DNA of 64,000 bases from Torpedo marmorata (taxonomy: Eukaryota): contig OZ360226.1 of assembly GCA_977017645.1 (NCBI GenBank), positions 55,552,001 through 55,616,000 on the forward strand, in the 5' to 3' direction. Shown in pieces: positions 1 through 14,085 of the stretch (position 1 is the first letter of the stretch; every line of letters begins with the position of its first letter). The position numbers and the translations under genes are program-made. The notes under the pieces were generated by a model, which was not told the origin of the DNA, searched no databases, and saw nothing but the letters and a program-made list of their open reading frames with translations.

Positions 1-3000
1 GTTGGAAAAGAAGAACATAAAATTAGTTTATTTGCAGATGATGTACTGATTTACATGACAAAACCTATTGGGAAATACCTGGATATAAGATTAATTCTGA
101 TGAAAGTGAAATTATGGCATTGACGCAAGGAGATTATAATAAATGTAAAGAAATTACTCGTTTTAAATGGTCAAATAATGGAATTAAATATTTGGGAATA
201 AAAATAGATACAAAATTAGGTAATTTAAATTACTTACCATTATTTACTAATATTAAAAAAGATTTAGAGAGTTGGAAAGATTTACCTATAACTTTAATAG
301 GAAGGGTAAATTGTATTAAAATGAATGTTTTTTCCAAGAATTCAATATATCCTTATGAAATTCCTCAAAATTTTTAAGGATTTAAATTTAATTATTAGGA
401 AATTTTTGTGGAATGGAAAGTTGGCTAGAGTAGGTATGGAGAAATTAACTTGGAATTATGAAATGGAAGGTTTACAACTTCCCAATTTTCAAAATTATTA
501 TAAGGCAGCTCAATTAAAATTTATTAATTAGATTAGATTAGATTAGATGCACTTTATTGTCATTGTACCAGTTCAAAACAACCCAATGAGATACAACTAG
601 CATCCAACCAGAAGTTAAAAAATAGTGCTATATACATTACAATAAAACATGTGCAATAAAAACCAACAATAACCTAATCAACAACGACAACCTATTCAAC
701 AACAAACTATTATAAAAGTACTGATATTACACTGTGAGTGCAGTACCACTCAACGCTGTGATTCAGTGTTCATCAGGCTCACAGCCTCATGAAAGAAACT
801 CTGCTTCAGCCTGCTGGTACGCGAGCGAAGGCTCCTGTAGCGTCTGCCCGATGGGAGAAGAGTAAAAAGTCCGTGGTTAGGGTGAGATGCATCCTTAATA
901 ATGTTCTTCGCTCTGCCCAGACACCGTTCTCTATAGATGTTCTCGATGGTGGGCAACTGCAAGCCAATAATCCGCTGGGCAGTTTTCACCACCCGCTGAA
1001 GTACTTTGCGGTCTTGTACTAGGCAGTTACCATACCATGCCGAGATACCATATGTCAATACGCTCTCAATGGTACATCTATAGAAATCCAATAATATCCT
1101 AGGACAGAGGTGTACCTTCCTCATGCTTCGCAGAAAGTAAAGACGCTGTTGTGCCTTTTTAATCAGCTTTGAAGAATTCAAGGACCAAGTAAGATCTTCA
1201 GAAATCTGGACGCCAAGAAATTTAAAACTTGACACACGTTCCACCACAACTCCATGAATGTAAATGGGGACGTGAGTGTGGCTTCCAGTACGCCTAAAGT
1301 CCACAATGATCTCCTTGGTCTTCTGAGTATTAAGTATCAGGTTATTATTGGCACACCACAAGGCCAGGTGCTGAACCTCATCCCTATAGGCCGTTTCATC
1401 ATCCCCTCTGATCAGGCCAACCACCGTGGTGTCATCTGCGAACTTGATTATGGAGTTCGTGCTATGTACAGGAACGCAGTCGGAGGTAAAAAGGGAATAC
1501 AAAAGAGGGCTCAGCACACAACCCTGAGGTACACCGGTATTGAAGGTGAGAATGGAGGAAAAAAGATTGCCTAACTTAACAGATTGGGGTCTGCTCGTTA
1601 GGAAGTCCAAAATCCAATTGCAGAGGGATGAGCTGATACCAAGCAAACGAAGTTTGGTAATCAGCTTGATGAAATATTTGATTTCGAAAAATCTTCTGCT
1701 TGGATTAGAATAGAATTAAATAATATAGGAGAAGATTCAAAAGAAGAGTTATTTATAAATGGAATTCCAAATTGCTATTAAGAGGAGGTAAACACTCTTA
1801 TTTTAAAGCATTTGTTATAAATATGGAATAAAGTGGATAGGGAGATAGGAGGGAAAGGGTTAATTTCTCGTAAAATACCTTTGTATCAAAATAACCTTAT
1901 TCCATTTACTATGGACAATCAATTGTTTAAAATTTGGTTTCAAAAAGGGATTAAAAAAGTAAGTGATTGTTTTGAAGCAAGTAAATTTATCACCTTTCAA
2001 AGAATGAAAGAGAAGTTTAATGTACTAAATAATACACTCTTTGCTTATTATCAAATGAGAGCATTTTTAGTTGAATAGTTGGGTCATAGTTTAATTTTAT
2101 CAAGGCAAAGTGAATTGGAGTTACTAGTTACTAATGGGGGTATAAATAAATTTATTTCTCAAATGTATAAATTGTTACAAAAAAAAAAGCCTAAACCAGG
2201 AATTCATAAATCAAGATTAAAATGGGAATCAGATTTGAATATAACAATAGATGAGGAACATTGGAAAGAAATATGTAAACAAAGTATGACTAAAATTATT
2301 AATGTTAGGTATGGGTTAGTACAATATAACTTTTTGCATCAATTATATTTAACACCTAAGAAATTAAAGAAATTTAACTCGAGATTATCATATTTATGTT
2401 TCAGATGTAATAGGGAAGAAGGTTCTTTTGTAAATTCTACGTGGTTTTGTCCAAAGATACATGCTTTTTGGTTGAAAGTTAAAAAGTTTTTGGACAAAGT
2501 ATTAAGTATTACACTCCCAATGAACCCTATGATATTTCTGTTTGGAGATATTAAAAGATTTAGTATTAAAATGAGATTAAATATGTACCAAGTAGAATTT
2601 TTGTAAATTGCTTTAGCTGTTTCAAGGAAATGCATTGCTATTACATGGAAATCTTATGCAGATTTAGGGTTAGAAAGATGGCATGCAGAACTTCGTTCAT
2701 GTATACCACTTGAAAAAAATTACTTATAATTTACGTAATAAATATCATTTCTTTTTGAGGGTATGGAGCCCATATATAAAAACTGTGGGTTTAAAGATTT
2801 GAAGATCTCTTGCCATCGGGTCTGACTGGCAAACCTGTGTTCCACAATAAAATTAATGTATAGTTGTTTTCTTTAAGATTGACATTTTCCACTATCTATT
2901 CTTTTTTTTTTCTTCTCTCTCTTTTTTATTAGATTAGTACGGGTGGTTGGGTTAGGGAGGGGGAAGGGAGGGAGGGGAGGGTGAAAATATATCACATGTA

Positions 3001-3077
3001 TTTTGATATTTCTGAAATTTATAAACATGTACTATCGTGTGATTAAAATTTTTAAATAAAATATATATTTTTTTAAA
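1..3077 (+). mobile_element. L1 LINE 3' part (ORF2 RT C-terminus to 3' UTR), decayed, interrupted by Rex1 at ~526-1670
   Basis: Encodes HKISLFADDV and GLQLPNFQNYY, then the zf-RVT-like CFRC..H..W.C region (His lost here). G-rich 3' UTR and AATAAA at ~3056. ORFs 114-377, 325-531, 1833-2078, 2079-2606. Confidence 0.93.
526..1670 (-). mobile_element. Rex1/Babar LINE, 5'-truncated, inserted into L1 ORF2
   Basis: ORF 750-1646 has [25 protein letters not shown] and the C-terminal [18 protein letters not shown]. (TCTAA)n tail at ~526-548. L1 sequence resumes at ~1671. Confidence 0.93.
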
Positions 3078-3409
3078 GTGCTCTTTGCGGGGTGTTTCAT
3101 GATGTAGACTCAAAAGGGAAGTTAATTTCATACTAACATGATCCTAAGGGTGCCCGTTGTTGCCTATATACCACTGTGCCTTCATGTCTGATGGGTCTGT
3201 CCTGCTCGTGTAACAAGGTGTGGCAAATGTTTTTGAAGGAGAAGTTGGACACACTGTAATTCTTTGATATGATTTTGTCAGCTCAATTGTGAGAAACTCT
3301 CCTAATTTAGACACCAGCCCCCACATGTTTGGTAGAAGGATTTTGCAAGGGGAACTGGGCTGGGAGCAACAAAAAAGAGTCTGAATTTGTTTTATGTGTC
3401 TACATCACC

Positions 3410-3840
3410 TGATAATGAGTTTCTTGTCATATACATTGTACAATATAGCAAAATAGTTACTTGCTACAGATGAACAGGTACTTAATGGAAAGAACAACTA
3501 CAATAATATACATCAAATTAAATTTAAAAAAGATAAATACAAAAGATAGATAATTAATATTCACAGTTACTATAGTGCAAGCAAAAAAGTGGTGGTGTAA
3601 TCGTGCAGACAGTGCTTTTGTTTTGTCGGAGCAGTCCATGATTATTGAAGCAAAAAGAGGTTCAAGAGCCTGATAGCTGATGAAAAGAACCTGCTCTTGA
3701 ACCTAGAGGTTCTGGTTTTCAGGCTTCTGTACCTACTACCCAAAGGTTACAATGAGAAGAGGTTGTGACCAGGGTGATGGTTGTCCTTCACTATGTTGGC
3801 TGCCTTCTTGACATGGTGCCTCACATGTCTTTAATGGATT
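3410..3840 (-). mobile_element. Old Rex1-like 3' fragment
   Basis: Degenerate similarity to the C-terminal coding region of the other Rex1 copies (gagaagaggttgtgaccagggtgatgg). Confidence 0.6.
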
Positions 3841-4412
3841 GGCGGTCTCTACTAAAGGAGGTTAGTGAGTTAGATTGTTTTTTATGACAATCCCCCATAT
3901 GAAATCTCACCTGCTATTTGATTCATCAGGGAAGAATCTTCAAGGGGACAGATTGGGCAGGAAATTTATGTTGGTCGATTCTGTTTGGAAAAGGGTAAAT
4001 AACAGGTGATCTACATTTCCATTGCAAGACAGCACTACCAATTGGACATAAAAATAGGATGCCGAACTCCCTCTCCTTGCATCTGCTGCAGCTCTAGTTT
4101 CCCTGGACTACAGCTCTGGAAAGCAGCTCCAAGAGAAACATTGTGATGTAGTTGTGGAAGAGCAGTGATGTCATCTACTTTATTTTGAATCACACCAACA
4201 CTGGAAGATTGGCATATTCCTTTAAGGCCCTCAGGTTCTTTGAGTCACCCTCAACATAACCGCCAAGAGTTATGTGATCGGGGGGCGTGGTGTGATGGCG
4301 TAGGTTGGAGTCGTGGAAATACACTCCTATCCACAGAACTAATCAAAAACTGTATTAAATCCTTATTTGGTTATTAAAAAAAAAGTTAAGAGTGTTTATT
4401 AAGGATTAAAGA

Positions 4413-5895
4413 ATGACTACAAGAAAAGGCAAGGAGCAAAAGACAAAGAAAGCAGTGTTAAAAGAAAGTTTAGTTCAAGGAGAAGATCGGACTACCTTAG
4501 CGATGGAGCCTCGGGATGAAGTTCCTCTCCCTCCTCGAAGGATGCAGACGAGAACAGGTAAGCCTGTTGTAACGCCAGCGCCGTCCTCCCGGGGAGCTGG
4601 GGAAGATGGCGCTGGTGCTCAGAGGAAGACTGGACTACAAGAAGATAACGATCTACTGTACATGCGTGAAATGACGCGCATGAGTGAAACGCAATGGGAA
4701 CTGTCAACTGAGGTTGACAGCCAAAGAAGAACCTCCCGTTCAATTCAATACATCGTTGGAGAGGAAGGATCATCGTCAACAGACTCAGAAGGTAAAGGAA
4801 GGAAGAAAGAATTGTTTGGTGGAATGGAGAGACAAGCAGACGAGATGGAGGGAGAGGAAAGAGACATAACTGGAGGAGAAGAAACTTACCTGTTTCAAGG
4901 TAAACAAGAAATTTCAACTACTTTTATTCAAGCCATAAATTATTTAACAGATCAAGTGTCTACAATGAATCAATGTATAGAACATGGATTTAAAGCTATG
5001 GATACTAACTTTACAGAATTTAAGGAAGAAATTAAAGACATTAAACATAATATGAAAAAGTATTCAATTGCTGTGGATAAAGTGACATTGAAAGTCCAGA
5101 AAGTTGAAAATGATGTTAAAGAATGTCGTGAAGACATGGTGGATTGCAAAGATATAGTGGATAAAATGGAAAATTCATTTACAGGCTGGGAATTACAAAG
5201 AAATGAACTCTCACAAAAAATAGATACATTGGAGAATCAAAGCCGGAGAAACAATGTTAAAATTGTGGGACTGCCAGAAGAATATGAAGGGACAAATTCA
5301 ACTGAATTTTTTCAAAATTGGATTCCAAAAATTCTGGGTAGTGGAAACTTCCCTAATGGACTTGAATTAGATAGAGCTCATAGAGATAACAGAAGGAAAC
5401 CATATCCTGGACAAGCGCCACGCTCAGTGTTAATTAGATGTCTTCGTTACCAGGATAAAGAGAAGATATTGAAATTAGCCGTTCAAAATGCAAGAGAGAA
5501 AAAAGCTCCATTGATGATTAATAAAAATAGAGTATTTTTATGCTGATTTAAGTGCAGCAATAATTAAAAAACGCAAAGAGTTTAACCCAGCCAAAGCAAT
5601 TTTTTGGAAAAAGGGATATAAATTTTCTTTTAGATATCCTGCGATATTGAAAGTTCAATCTCAAGACAATCAGTCTATTTTTTTCACTGACTATCAAGAA
5701 GCTTTGAAGTATGCTAATACACTTCCAAATATAAAGGAAGATCAAGATTTGTCTGGGCAATTTCAAATTAATATACCTGTTCAGGACTTGTTACATTTAA
5801 CAGAGAATCTCCAAACGCCTTCAAGACGAGATGAATTGGCCGAATTGACCGATGAGCAAGTTAACAGAGATCTGGAAGAAGCTGGATTTGGATGA
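4413..5895 (+). pseudogene. L1 ORF1 (Transposase_22-type coiled coil/RRM/CTD), frameshift near 5540
   Basis: LENQSRRNNVKIVGLPE, ELDRAHR and PRSVLIRCLRYQDKEKIL motifs. Confidence 0.9.
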
Positions 5896-6669
5896 AGAAT
5901 TGACAATAACTGTTATGTAAATTCTGTTGGGGGGGGGGTGGACCTTTTTGTCTTCTCCGTACCTAACCACACACCACTTTAGTGGCGAGGGCCACTTCCC
6001 GAACAGCAGAGGGGGGTAATACTGGTGTAATATACCAGCAATATATAGTGGGTTCTTTAGTTTTTTGTTATTTTTTTTTTCTTTCTTTCTTTCTTTCTTT
6101 ATTTTTTTTTTAAGGAGATGTCAAATTTAGTGCAAATGTGGAAGGGGGAACCGGTTGGTCTGAAGAGGAGAAAGTTATTAAATATTAGTAATGGCAGATA
6201 ATAAATCAATAAATGATGTAAGTATTAATATAAATGGGCTAAATAATCCGATTAAACGGAATAAAACTTTGGCACATATTAAAAAGTTAAAAGTTGATAT
6301 CGCTTTTTTACAAGAGACACATTTGACAGATGTAGAACATCAAAAACTGAAAAGAGAATGGGTTGGTCAAGTGGTTGCGTCTTCATTTAATTCTAAAGCA
6401 AAAGGAGTTGCTATTCTAATTAATAAAAAGTTACCTTTTAAAATACAGTCTGTGGTTTCAGATGTGTCAGGAAGATATGTCTTAATAAATTGTCAGATAT
6501 ATTCAGAAATGTGGACACTTATGAATATATATATTCCAAATACGCAAGATGAACAATTTATTCAAGATTCTTTTATGCATCTATCAGAAGCAAATGATAA
6601 TATTTTAATTGGTGGCGACTTTAATTGTTGTTTTGATCCAATAATAGATAAAACATCAAAATCAATTAT

Positions 6670-8010
6670 TCAGAATCAGAATCAGAATTTATTGTCATGA
6701 ACAAGTCATGAAATTCGGTGTTTTGCAGCAGCATCATAGTGCAATTAACATTCATATTAACCATCTAACGACATTACTATACAAAATTATAAACAATAGT
6801 GCACGAAAAGTAAGGTAGTGTCTTTGGTTCATTGATTATTCAGGAATCTGATGGCAGCGGGGAAGAAGCTGTCCTTATGCCGTTGAGTGCTCGTCTTTAG
6901 GCTCCTGTACCTTTTTCCCAATGGAAGCAGAGTGAAGAGGGCATGGCCTGGGTGGTGGGGGTCCTTGAGGATAGAGGCTGTTTTTTTAAGACACCGCCTC
7001 ATGTAGATGTCCTCGATGGAGTGAAGTTTGGTGCCTGTGATGTCACAGGCCGAGTTAACAACCTTCTGGAGTTTACTCTTGTCCTGGGAGTTGCCATACC
7101 AGGCAGTGATGCAACCAGCCAAAATGCTCTCCACGGTACACCTGTAGAAGTTTATGAGAGTCTTTGGTGACATACCGAATCTCCGCAAACACCTCACAAA
7201 GTATAGCCGCTGACGAGCCTTCTTTGTGATTGTATCCACGTGGATGCTCCAGGACAGATCCTCGGAGATGTTGACACCCAGGAATTTGAAGTTCTTGACC
7301 CTCTCCACTACTGAGCCCTCGATGAGGACTGGGTCGTGTTCCCATGACTTCCTCCGGAAGTCCACAATCATCTCCTTGGTTTTGCTGACGTTGAGCTCAA
7401 GGTTATTGTCATTACACCATTCAACGAGCTGATCTATCTCCCTCCTGTACGCTTCCTCGTTGCCGTTTGTGATTCTGCCGACAACTGTGGTGTCATCGGC
7501 AAACTTATATATGGCATTGGAATTGTGCCTGGCCACACAGTCATGAGTGTATAATGAGTAGAGCAGTGGACTAAGCACGCATCCTTGGGGTGCGCCTATG
7601 TTGATAATCAGTGAGGAGGAGACGTTGTTTCCAATTCGTACTGACTGGTCTTCCAATGAGAAAGTCAAGGATCCAGTTGCAGAGGGGGGTAAGAGGCCGA
7701 GAGTTTGTAGTTTCTTGACCAGCACTGAGGGAATAATGGTATTGAAGGCCGAGCTGTAGTCGATGAAGAGCAACCGTATGTATGAATTGCTGTTTTCGAG
7801 GTGATCCAGAGCGAGTGGAGAGCCAGCGATATTGCATCTGCTGTGGAGCGATTGTGGCGATAGGCAAATTGCAGTGGGTCCAGATCTTTGCTTAGGTATG
7901 TGTTAATTCTGGCCATGACCAGCCTCTCAAAGCACTTCATCACATTAGAAGTTAGTGCTACTGGGCGGTAGTCATTGAGGCAGCTCACACTGCTCTTCTT
8001 GGGTACCGGG
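6670..8010 (-). mobile_element. Rex1/Babar LINE, 5'-truncated, inside the L1 endonuclease region
   Basis: ORFs 7665-7988 ([17 protein letters not shown]) and 6829-7773 ([14 protein letters not shown]). (ATTCTG)n tail. Confidence 0.95.
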
Positions 8011-10048
8011 AACTAAATATTAGAACTAAAACTGCAAAAATAATCCTTTCTTTGATGAAAGATTTGAATTTAATTGATATTTGGAGGAAGTTGAATCCAA
8101 GAGAAAAAGATTATTCTTTTTATTCTTTTAGACATGATTCTTATTCTAGAATATATATGTTTTTATTGTCATCTCAATTAGAAGATAGAGTTACTCAAAT
8201 ACAATATAAAGCAAGAATAATTTCTGACCATTCGCCTTTATTAATGTCATGTATAATTCCAGAAAAAGAAAAAATTATATATAGATGGAGATTAAATTCA
8301 TCTTTATTGAAAAGACCGGATTTTTGTAATTATATAAGAGAAAATCATAAATTTTTACAGATTAACTCTAATTCGATTGACAATAAATTTATTATTTGGG
8401 AGACTTTAAAAGCTTATTTAAGAGGTCAAATAATAAGCTATTCAGCAAAGATTAAAAAGGAATAAGTTCAGGAATTAGATAATTTGGAGAAGGAGATTCA
8501 ATTTCTGGAGAAAGATTTACAAAAGAAGAGATCAGAAGAAAAGAAGAGGAATTTAATTGAAAAAAAATTGTATTATAATACATTACAAACATATAAAATG
8601 GAAAAATTAATTGAAAGAACTAAGCAAAGATATTATGAATTGGGAGAAAGAGCGCATAAAGTGTTGCCGTGGCAAGTAAAGAAAGAACAAACTTCTAGAA
8701 CTATAAATGCCATAAAAAAGAATTCAAAGAAAATAACATATAAACCTCGAGAAATAAATGATTCTTTTAGGGAATTTTATTTAAATTTATATAAATCTCA
8801 AACTGATAAAGATGATTCTAAAATTAATGCATTTTTATCTAAAATCAAATTACCTAGATTGAATATTCAAAATAAGGAACTTTTAGATTCACCATTTACG
8901 ATGAGAGAAGTGAATGAGGTTCTTAGTTCTTTAACAAGTGGAAAATCTCCGGGCGAGGATGGTTTCCCACCAGAATTTTATAAAGAATTTAAAGATTTAT
9001 TGATACCTCCATACATGGAGGTGTTAAATCAAATAACGGAAACTCATTCTCTACCGGAAACATTTTCGAATGCAATAATAACAGTTATACCAAAAAAAGA
9101 CAGAGACTTGTTGAAAACAGAATCATATAGACCAATTTCATTGTTAAATGTGGATTATAAGATTATGGCGAAAATATTAGCAAATAGAGTGGCTAAAAAT
9201 TTACCAGATTTAATTCATGTAGATCAAGCAGGTTTTATTAAGAATAGATATTCAAAAGATAATATAGCTAGGTTAATTAGTTTAATAAATGTGGCTCAAA
9301 AGAAAGAGGAATTGCAATTAGTATTAACATTAGATGCTGAAAAGGCTTTTGACAGATTAGAGTGGAATTATTTATTTAAAGTATTGGAAAAATTTGGTTT
9401 TGGAACTACATTTATTAATTGGATTAAAACTATATATAAAGAGCCTTCCGCCAGAGTGGTGACAAATGGACAAATTTCTTCAAAATTTTTGCTGACTAGG
9501 TCGAATAGAAAAGGATGTCCTTTGTCACCTGCATTATATATTTTAGCAATTGAACCTTTGGCAGAATTAATTAGACAAGATATCAAGATTGCAGGTATTA
9601 AAGTTGGAAGAGAAGAGCATAAAATTAGTTTATTTGCAGATGATGTATTGATATATATGACAAAACCTATTACTTCTTTAATACAATTGAATGTTTTATT
9701 GAAAGAATATGGGGAGATATCTGGTTATAAGATTAATTCTGATGAAAGTGAAATTATGGCACTAACACAAGGGGATTATAGTAAATATAAAGAAATTACA
9801 CAATTGAAATGGTCAAACAAAGGAATTAAATATTTGGGAATAAAGACGGACATAAATTAAATTATATACCATTATTTATAAAAATTAAAAAAGATTTAGA
9901 AAGTTGGAAGGATTTATCGATAACTTTAATAGGAAGGGTAAATTGTATTAAAATGAATGTCTTTCCAAGAATTCAATATCTTTTTCAATCAATTCCCTAT
10001 TATATTCCTCAGAAATTTTTTATAGATTTAAATTTAATTATTAGGAAC

Positions 10049-11400
10049 TTTTAAAAAAAAAAATATTTTATTTAAATTTTTAAATCACAAAATACATAAA
10101 ATAATTTTGCATATATTTCAAAAATACATGTGATATACATTTTCTCCCCCCCCTTCCCATCCTCCCCTCCCTAACCCCTATATCCCCACTACTCTAAAAA
10201 TAAAATATAGTAAAAGAGAAAAAGAAAAAGGAAAGATAGAAAAATAGTATGAGGAGACAACAAACTTCAAACTAATTTACCTTAGAGGTTATTTTCGCCA
10301 GTGGATCCGATATCTAGAGAATTTAAATTGTTAAACCCATAATCCTCATATATGGGCCCCAAAATTTCAAGAAAAAATGATATTTATTTCGCAAATTATA
10401 AGTAATTTTTTCTAATGGTATACATGAACGTAACTCTGCATGCCATCGTTCTAAACTTAAATCCACATCTGACTTCCAAGTAATAGCTATACACTTTTTC
10501 GAAACTGCTAATACTATACGTAAAAATTCTACTCGGTACATATTTAATCTATTTCTAATACTAAATTTTTTAATATCTCCAAATAAAAATAACATAGGAT
10601 CCATTATAAATCCAACATTAAAAATTCTCTCTAAAAATTTCTTAACTTTCAACCAAAAATCTTGAATTTTTGAACATAACCATGTACAATGTACAAAAGA
10701 ACCTATTTCACTTTTACATCTAAAACACATATCTGATAACGCTGGATTAAATTTCTTCAATTTTTTAGGTGTTAAATATAATTGATGGAAAAAGTTATAT
10801 TGTACTAATCTATATCTAACATTAATAACTTTAGTCATATTTAATTTACATAAATCTTTCCAATGATTTTCATCTATATTAACATTTAAGTCTAATTCCC
10901 ATTTTAATCTAGATTTATGTAACCCTACTTTAGACATCTTTCTCTGAAATAATTTATACATTTGTGATATAAACTTATTAATATTAGCTTTAGTAATTAA
11001 CAATTCCAATTCATTTTGTCTTGGTTCTATTAATTCATTCCCTAATCTCTCAATCAAAAAGGCTTTAACTTGAAAATAAACTAACATTGTATTATCTAAT
11101 ATATTAAATTTTTCTTTTAACCTTTGAAAAGTAATACATCTACCAACTTCAAAACAATCCTTTAAGGTCTTAATTCCCTTTTGAAACCATATTTTAAGTA
11201 ATTGATTGTCAATAGAAAATGGTATGAGCGGATTCTGGTATATTGGTGTATTTAAAGAAATTAATCATTTTCGACCTATCTCTTTATCTACCTGTGACCA
11301 AATTTCCAACAAATGTTTAATAATTGGTGAATTTTTCTTTTTAACTGATAACAATTTAGAATTCCACTTATAAATAATCTCTTCTTTATGTATTTCTCCT
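10049..11400 (-). mobile_element. 5'-truncated L1 inserted antisense into L1 ORF2
   Basis: ORF 10323-11087 is nearly identical to the C-terminus of the 21098-23810 L1. Its 3' tail lies at ~10049-10075. Confidence 0.93.
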
Positions 11401-13355
11401 ATAACTTTAATAGGAAGGGTAAATTGTATTAAAATGAATGTCTTTCCAAGAATTCAATATCTTTTTCAATCAATTCCTTATGAAATTCCACAAAATTTTT
11501 TAAAGATTTAAATTTAATTATTAGGAACTTTTTGTGGAAAGGAAAGTTGGCTAGAGTAGCTATGGAGAAATTAACTTGGAATTATGAATTGGGTGGTTTA
11601 CAACTTCCCAATTTTCAAAATGATTATAAAGCAGCTCAATTAAGATTTATTAATGAAATGTTTGATTCAGGAAAATCTTCTGCTTGGATTCGAATAGAAT
11701 TAAATAATATAGGAGAAGATTTGAAAGAAGAAGTTATTTATAAATGGAATTCTAAATTAGTACTAACAAGAGGGAAAAATTCTCCTATTTTTAAACATTT
11801 GTTAGGAATATGGAATAGAGTGGATAAGGAGATAGGAGGGAAAGGGTTAATTTCACGAAGAATGCCTTTATACCAAAATAAACTTATTCCATTTACTGTT
11901 GATAATCAATTATTTAAAATTTGGTTTCAAAAGGGAATTAAGAAAATAAATGATTGTTTTGAAGCTGGTAAATTTATTACTTTTCAGAGAATGAAAGAAA
12001 AGTTTAATGTATTAAATAATACATTTTTTGTTTATTATCAAATCAGAGCATTCTTAGTTGAAAGGTTGGGTTATAGTTTGACTTTACCAAGACAAAGTGA
12101 ACTGGAATTATTAGTTACTAATGGAGGTGTAAATAAATTTATCTCTCAAATGTATAAATTATTACAGAGAAAAATGCCTAAAGTAGGAATTCACAAATCA
12201 AGATTAAAATGGGAATCAGATTTGAATGTAACAATTGATGAAGAACATTGGAAAGAATTATGTATATTAAGTATGACTAAGATTATTAATGTCAGATATA
12301 GACTAGTGCAATATAATTTTTTCCATCAATTATATTTAACACCTAAAAAATTAAAGAAATTTAATCCGACATTATCTGGTTTATGTTTTAGATGCAATAA
12401 AGAGGAAGGTTCGTTTATACATTCTACATGGCTTTGTCCAAAGATACATGATTTTTGGTTGAAAGTTAAAAAGTTTTTAGATAAAGTATTAAGAATTATA
12501 CTCCCAATGGATCCTATGATATTTCTATTTGGAGATATTAAAAGAATTAGTACCAAGATTAAATTAAATATGTATCAAATAGAATTTTTGCGAATTGCTT
12601 TAGCTGTTTCTAAGAAATGTATTGCTATTACTTGGAAATCTGATGTAGATTTAGGGTTTGAAAGATGGCATGCAGAACTTAGTTCATGTATACCACATGA
12701 AAAAATTACTTACAATTTACATAATAAATATCATTTATTTTTGAAAATATGGAGCCCATATATAAAAATGGTTGGTTTAAGAATTTGAAGATCTCTGGGT
12801 ATCAGATCTGACTGGTGATCCTATTTTCCACAATAAAATTAGTTTATAGTTGTTTTTTTTCAGATTGACATTCTCCTTATATCTTTTTCTTTCTTTATTT
12901 TCTATTTTATAGATTAGTAGGGGTGGGAGGGTTAGGGTGGGGAGGGAGGCTGGGGGGGAGAAAATATTTCACATGTATTTTGATAATTTTGCATTTTATA
13001 CAGTGTATTGAGTGATTTAAAATTTTAAATAAAATATTTTAAAAAAAAAGAGTTATTTGATCACTGACTATTTTTAAGCCAGGAGTAACTTTCCATTCCA
13101 TCAAAATAAATGTGTGAGAGGATGTTCACTTCCATATCATGTTCAATATTGCGAGCAGCCAACTCCTTGGATGAATCAGTTCAGCTCCTTAAAAAAAACA
13201 TATTCTGCCACTATAGTATCTGTATTTGCCACTGCCACCACAAGCCATCTATGATACAGGTCTGCATGGTTCTTGAAATAGTCAAGTCTGCTGCCGCTGT
13301 CCTTGAATATATCAGCACTTTTACCATCTCAGTTATGCTGACTGATTTTGTCACG

Positions 13356-14085
13356 TGATCATTGGATTATCAGATGTGGAGAGGGTGAACAAATTTAAAT
13401 TCTTGGGAGTCACTATCTCGGAGGGTATTTCCTGGAGCTAACACACTAATGGCATCATGAAGAAAGCAAGTCAGTGCCTCTACTTCCTCAGGAGTTTGCA
13501 GAGGTTTGGCATGACTTCAGAAACCCTGTCAAATTTCTACAGATGTGTGGTGGAAAGTGTGCTGACCGGCTGCATCACGGACAGGTACGAAGACACCAAT
13601 ACCCCTGAGTGTAAAGCCCTCCAAAAGGTAGTGGACACAGCCCAGGACATCACAGGCAAATCCTTCCCCACCATCGAGAACATCTACAAGGAATGTTGCC
13701 ATCGGAGAGCAGCAGCAATCATCAAGGATCCACACCACCCAACACATGCACGGTTCTTGCTGCTACCATCAGAAAAGAGGTATAGGTGCCACAAGACTCA
13801 CACTGCCAGGTTCAGGAACAGCTGCTACCCCTCCACCATCAGACTTGTCAACAACAAATTCAATCAGGGACTCATTTAAGGACTCTTACTTTTCCACTTT
13901 AGGAAGTTTTTTCTTTCTGTATTGCACAGTCAGTTTGTTTACATTTTTTTGTGTATGTTGAGTAGTTTTTTTTTTTTTGCACTCCCAATAAGTGGTAATT
14001 CTGCCTCTCCCGCAGGAAAAAGAATTTCAGGGTTGTATGTGATGTCAAGTATGTACTCTGACAATAAATCTGAAATATGAATCTG
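13356..14085 (+). mobile_element. Rex1 3' fragment (TCTGAAA-tail family)
   Basis: ORF 13457-13879 (FYRCVVESVLTGCIT, KDPHHP). The 3' UTR is shared with the 35553 and 44610 copies. Confidence 0.9.

Larger units (their letters stand above)
6191..12788 (+). pseudogene. L1 ORF2 (APE endonuclease + RT), disrupted
   Basis: NINGLNNP, FLQETH, GGDFN, SDHSP, KSPGEDG, YRPISLLNVDYKI, LDAEKAFD and LFADD across ORFs 6191-6700, 8052-8465, 8484-9860 and 11532-12788. Confidence 0.92.
4280..13047 (+). mobile_element. Full-length decayed L1 (ORF1+ORF2) with nested Rex1 and an inverted L1 fragment
   Basis: 5' end GGGGGGCGTGG. TSD aagagttat(g/t)tgatc at 4265-4279 and 13048-13062. ORF1, APE, RT and C-terminal domains in order, then a G-rich 3' UTR and AATAAA. 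Confidence 0.95.

Noticed and set aside
789-1574. Antisense ORFs over LINE coding regions (here and throughout)
   Set aside because: They are shadow frames of RT genes with no independent support.
11398-11532. Twin-priming inversion copied from the inserting L1 RNA
   Set aside because: The duplicated segment shares diagnostic bases with the host L1 (gtctttcc, aggaactttt), not with the inserted subfamily represented at ~22216-22350.
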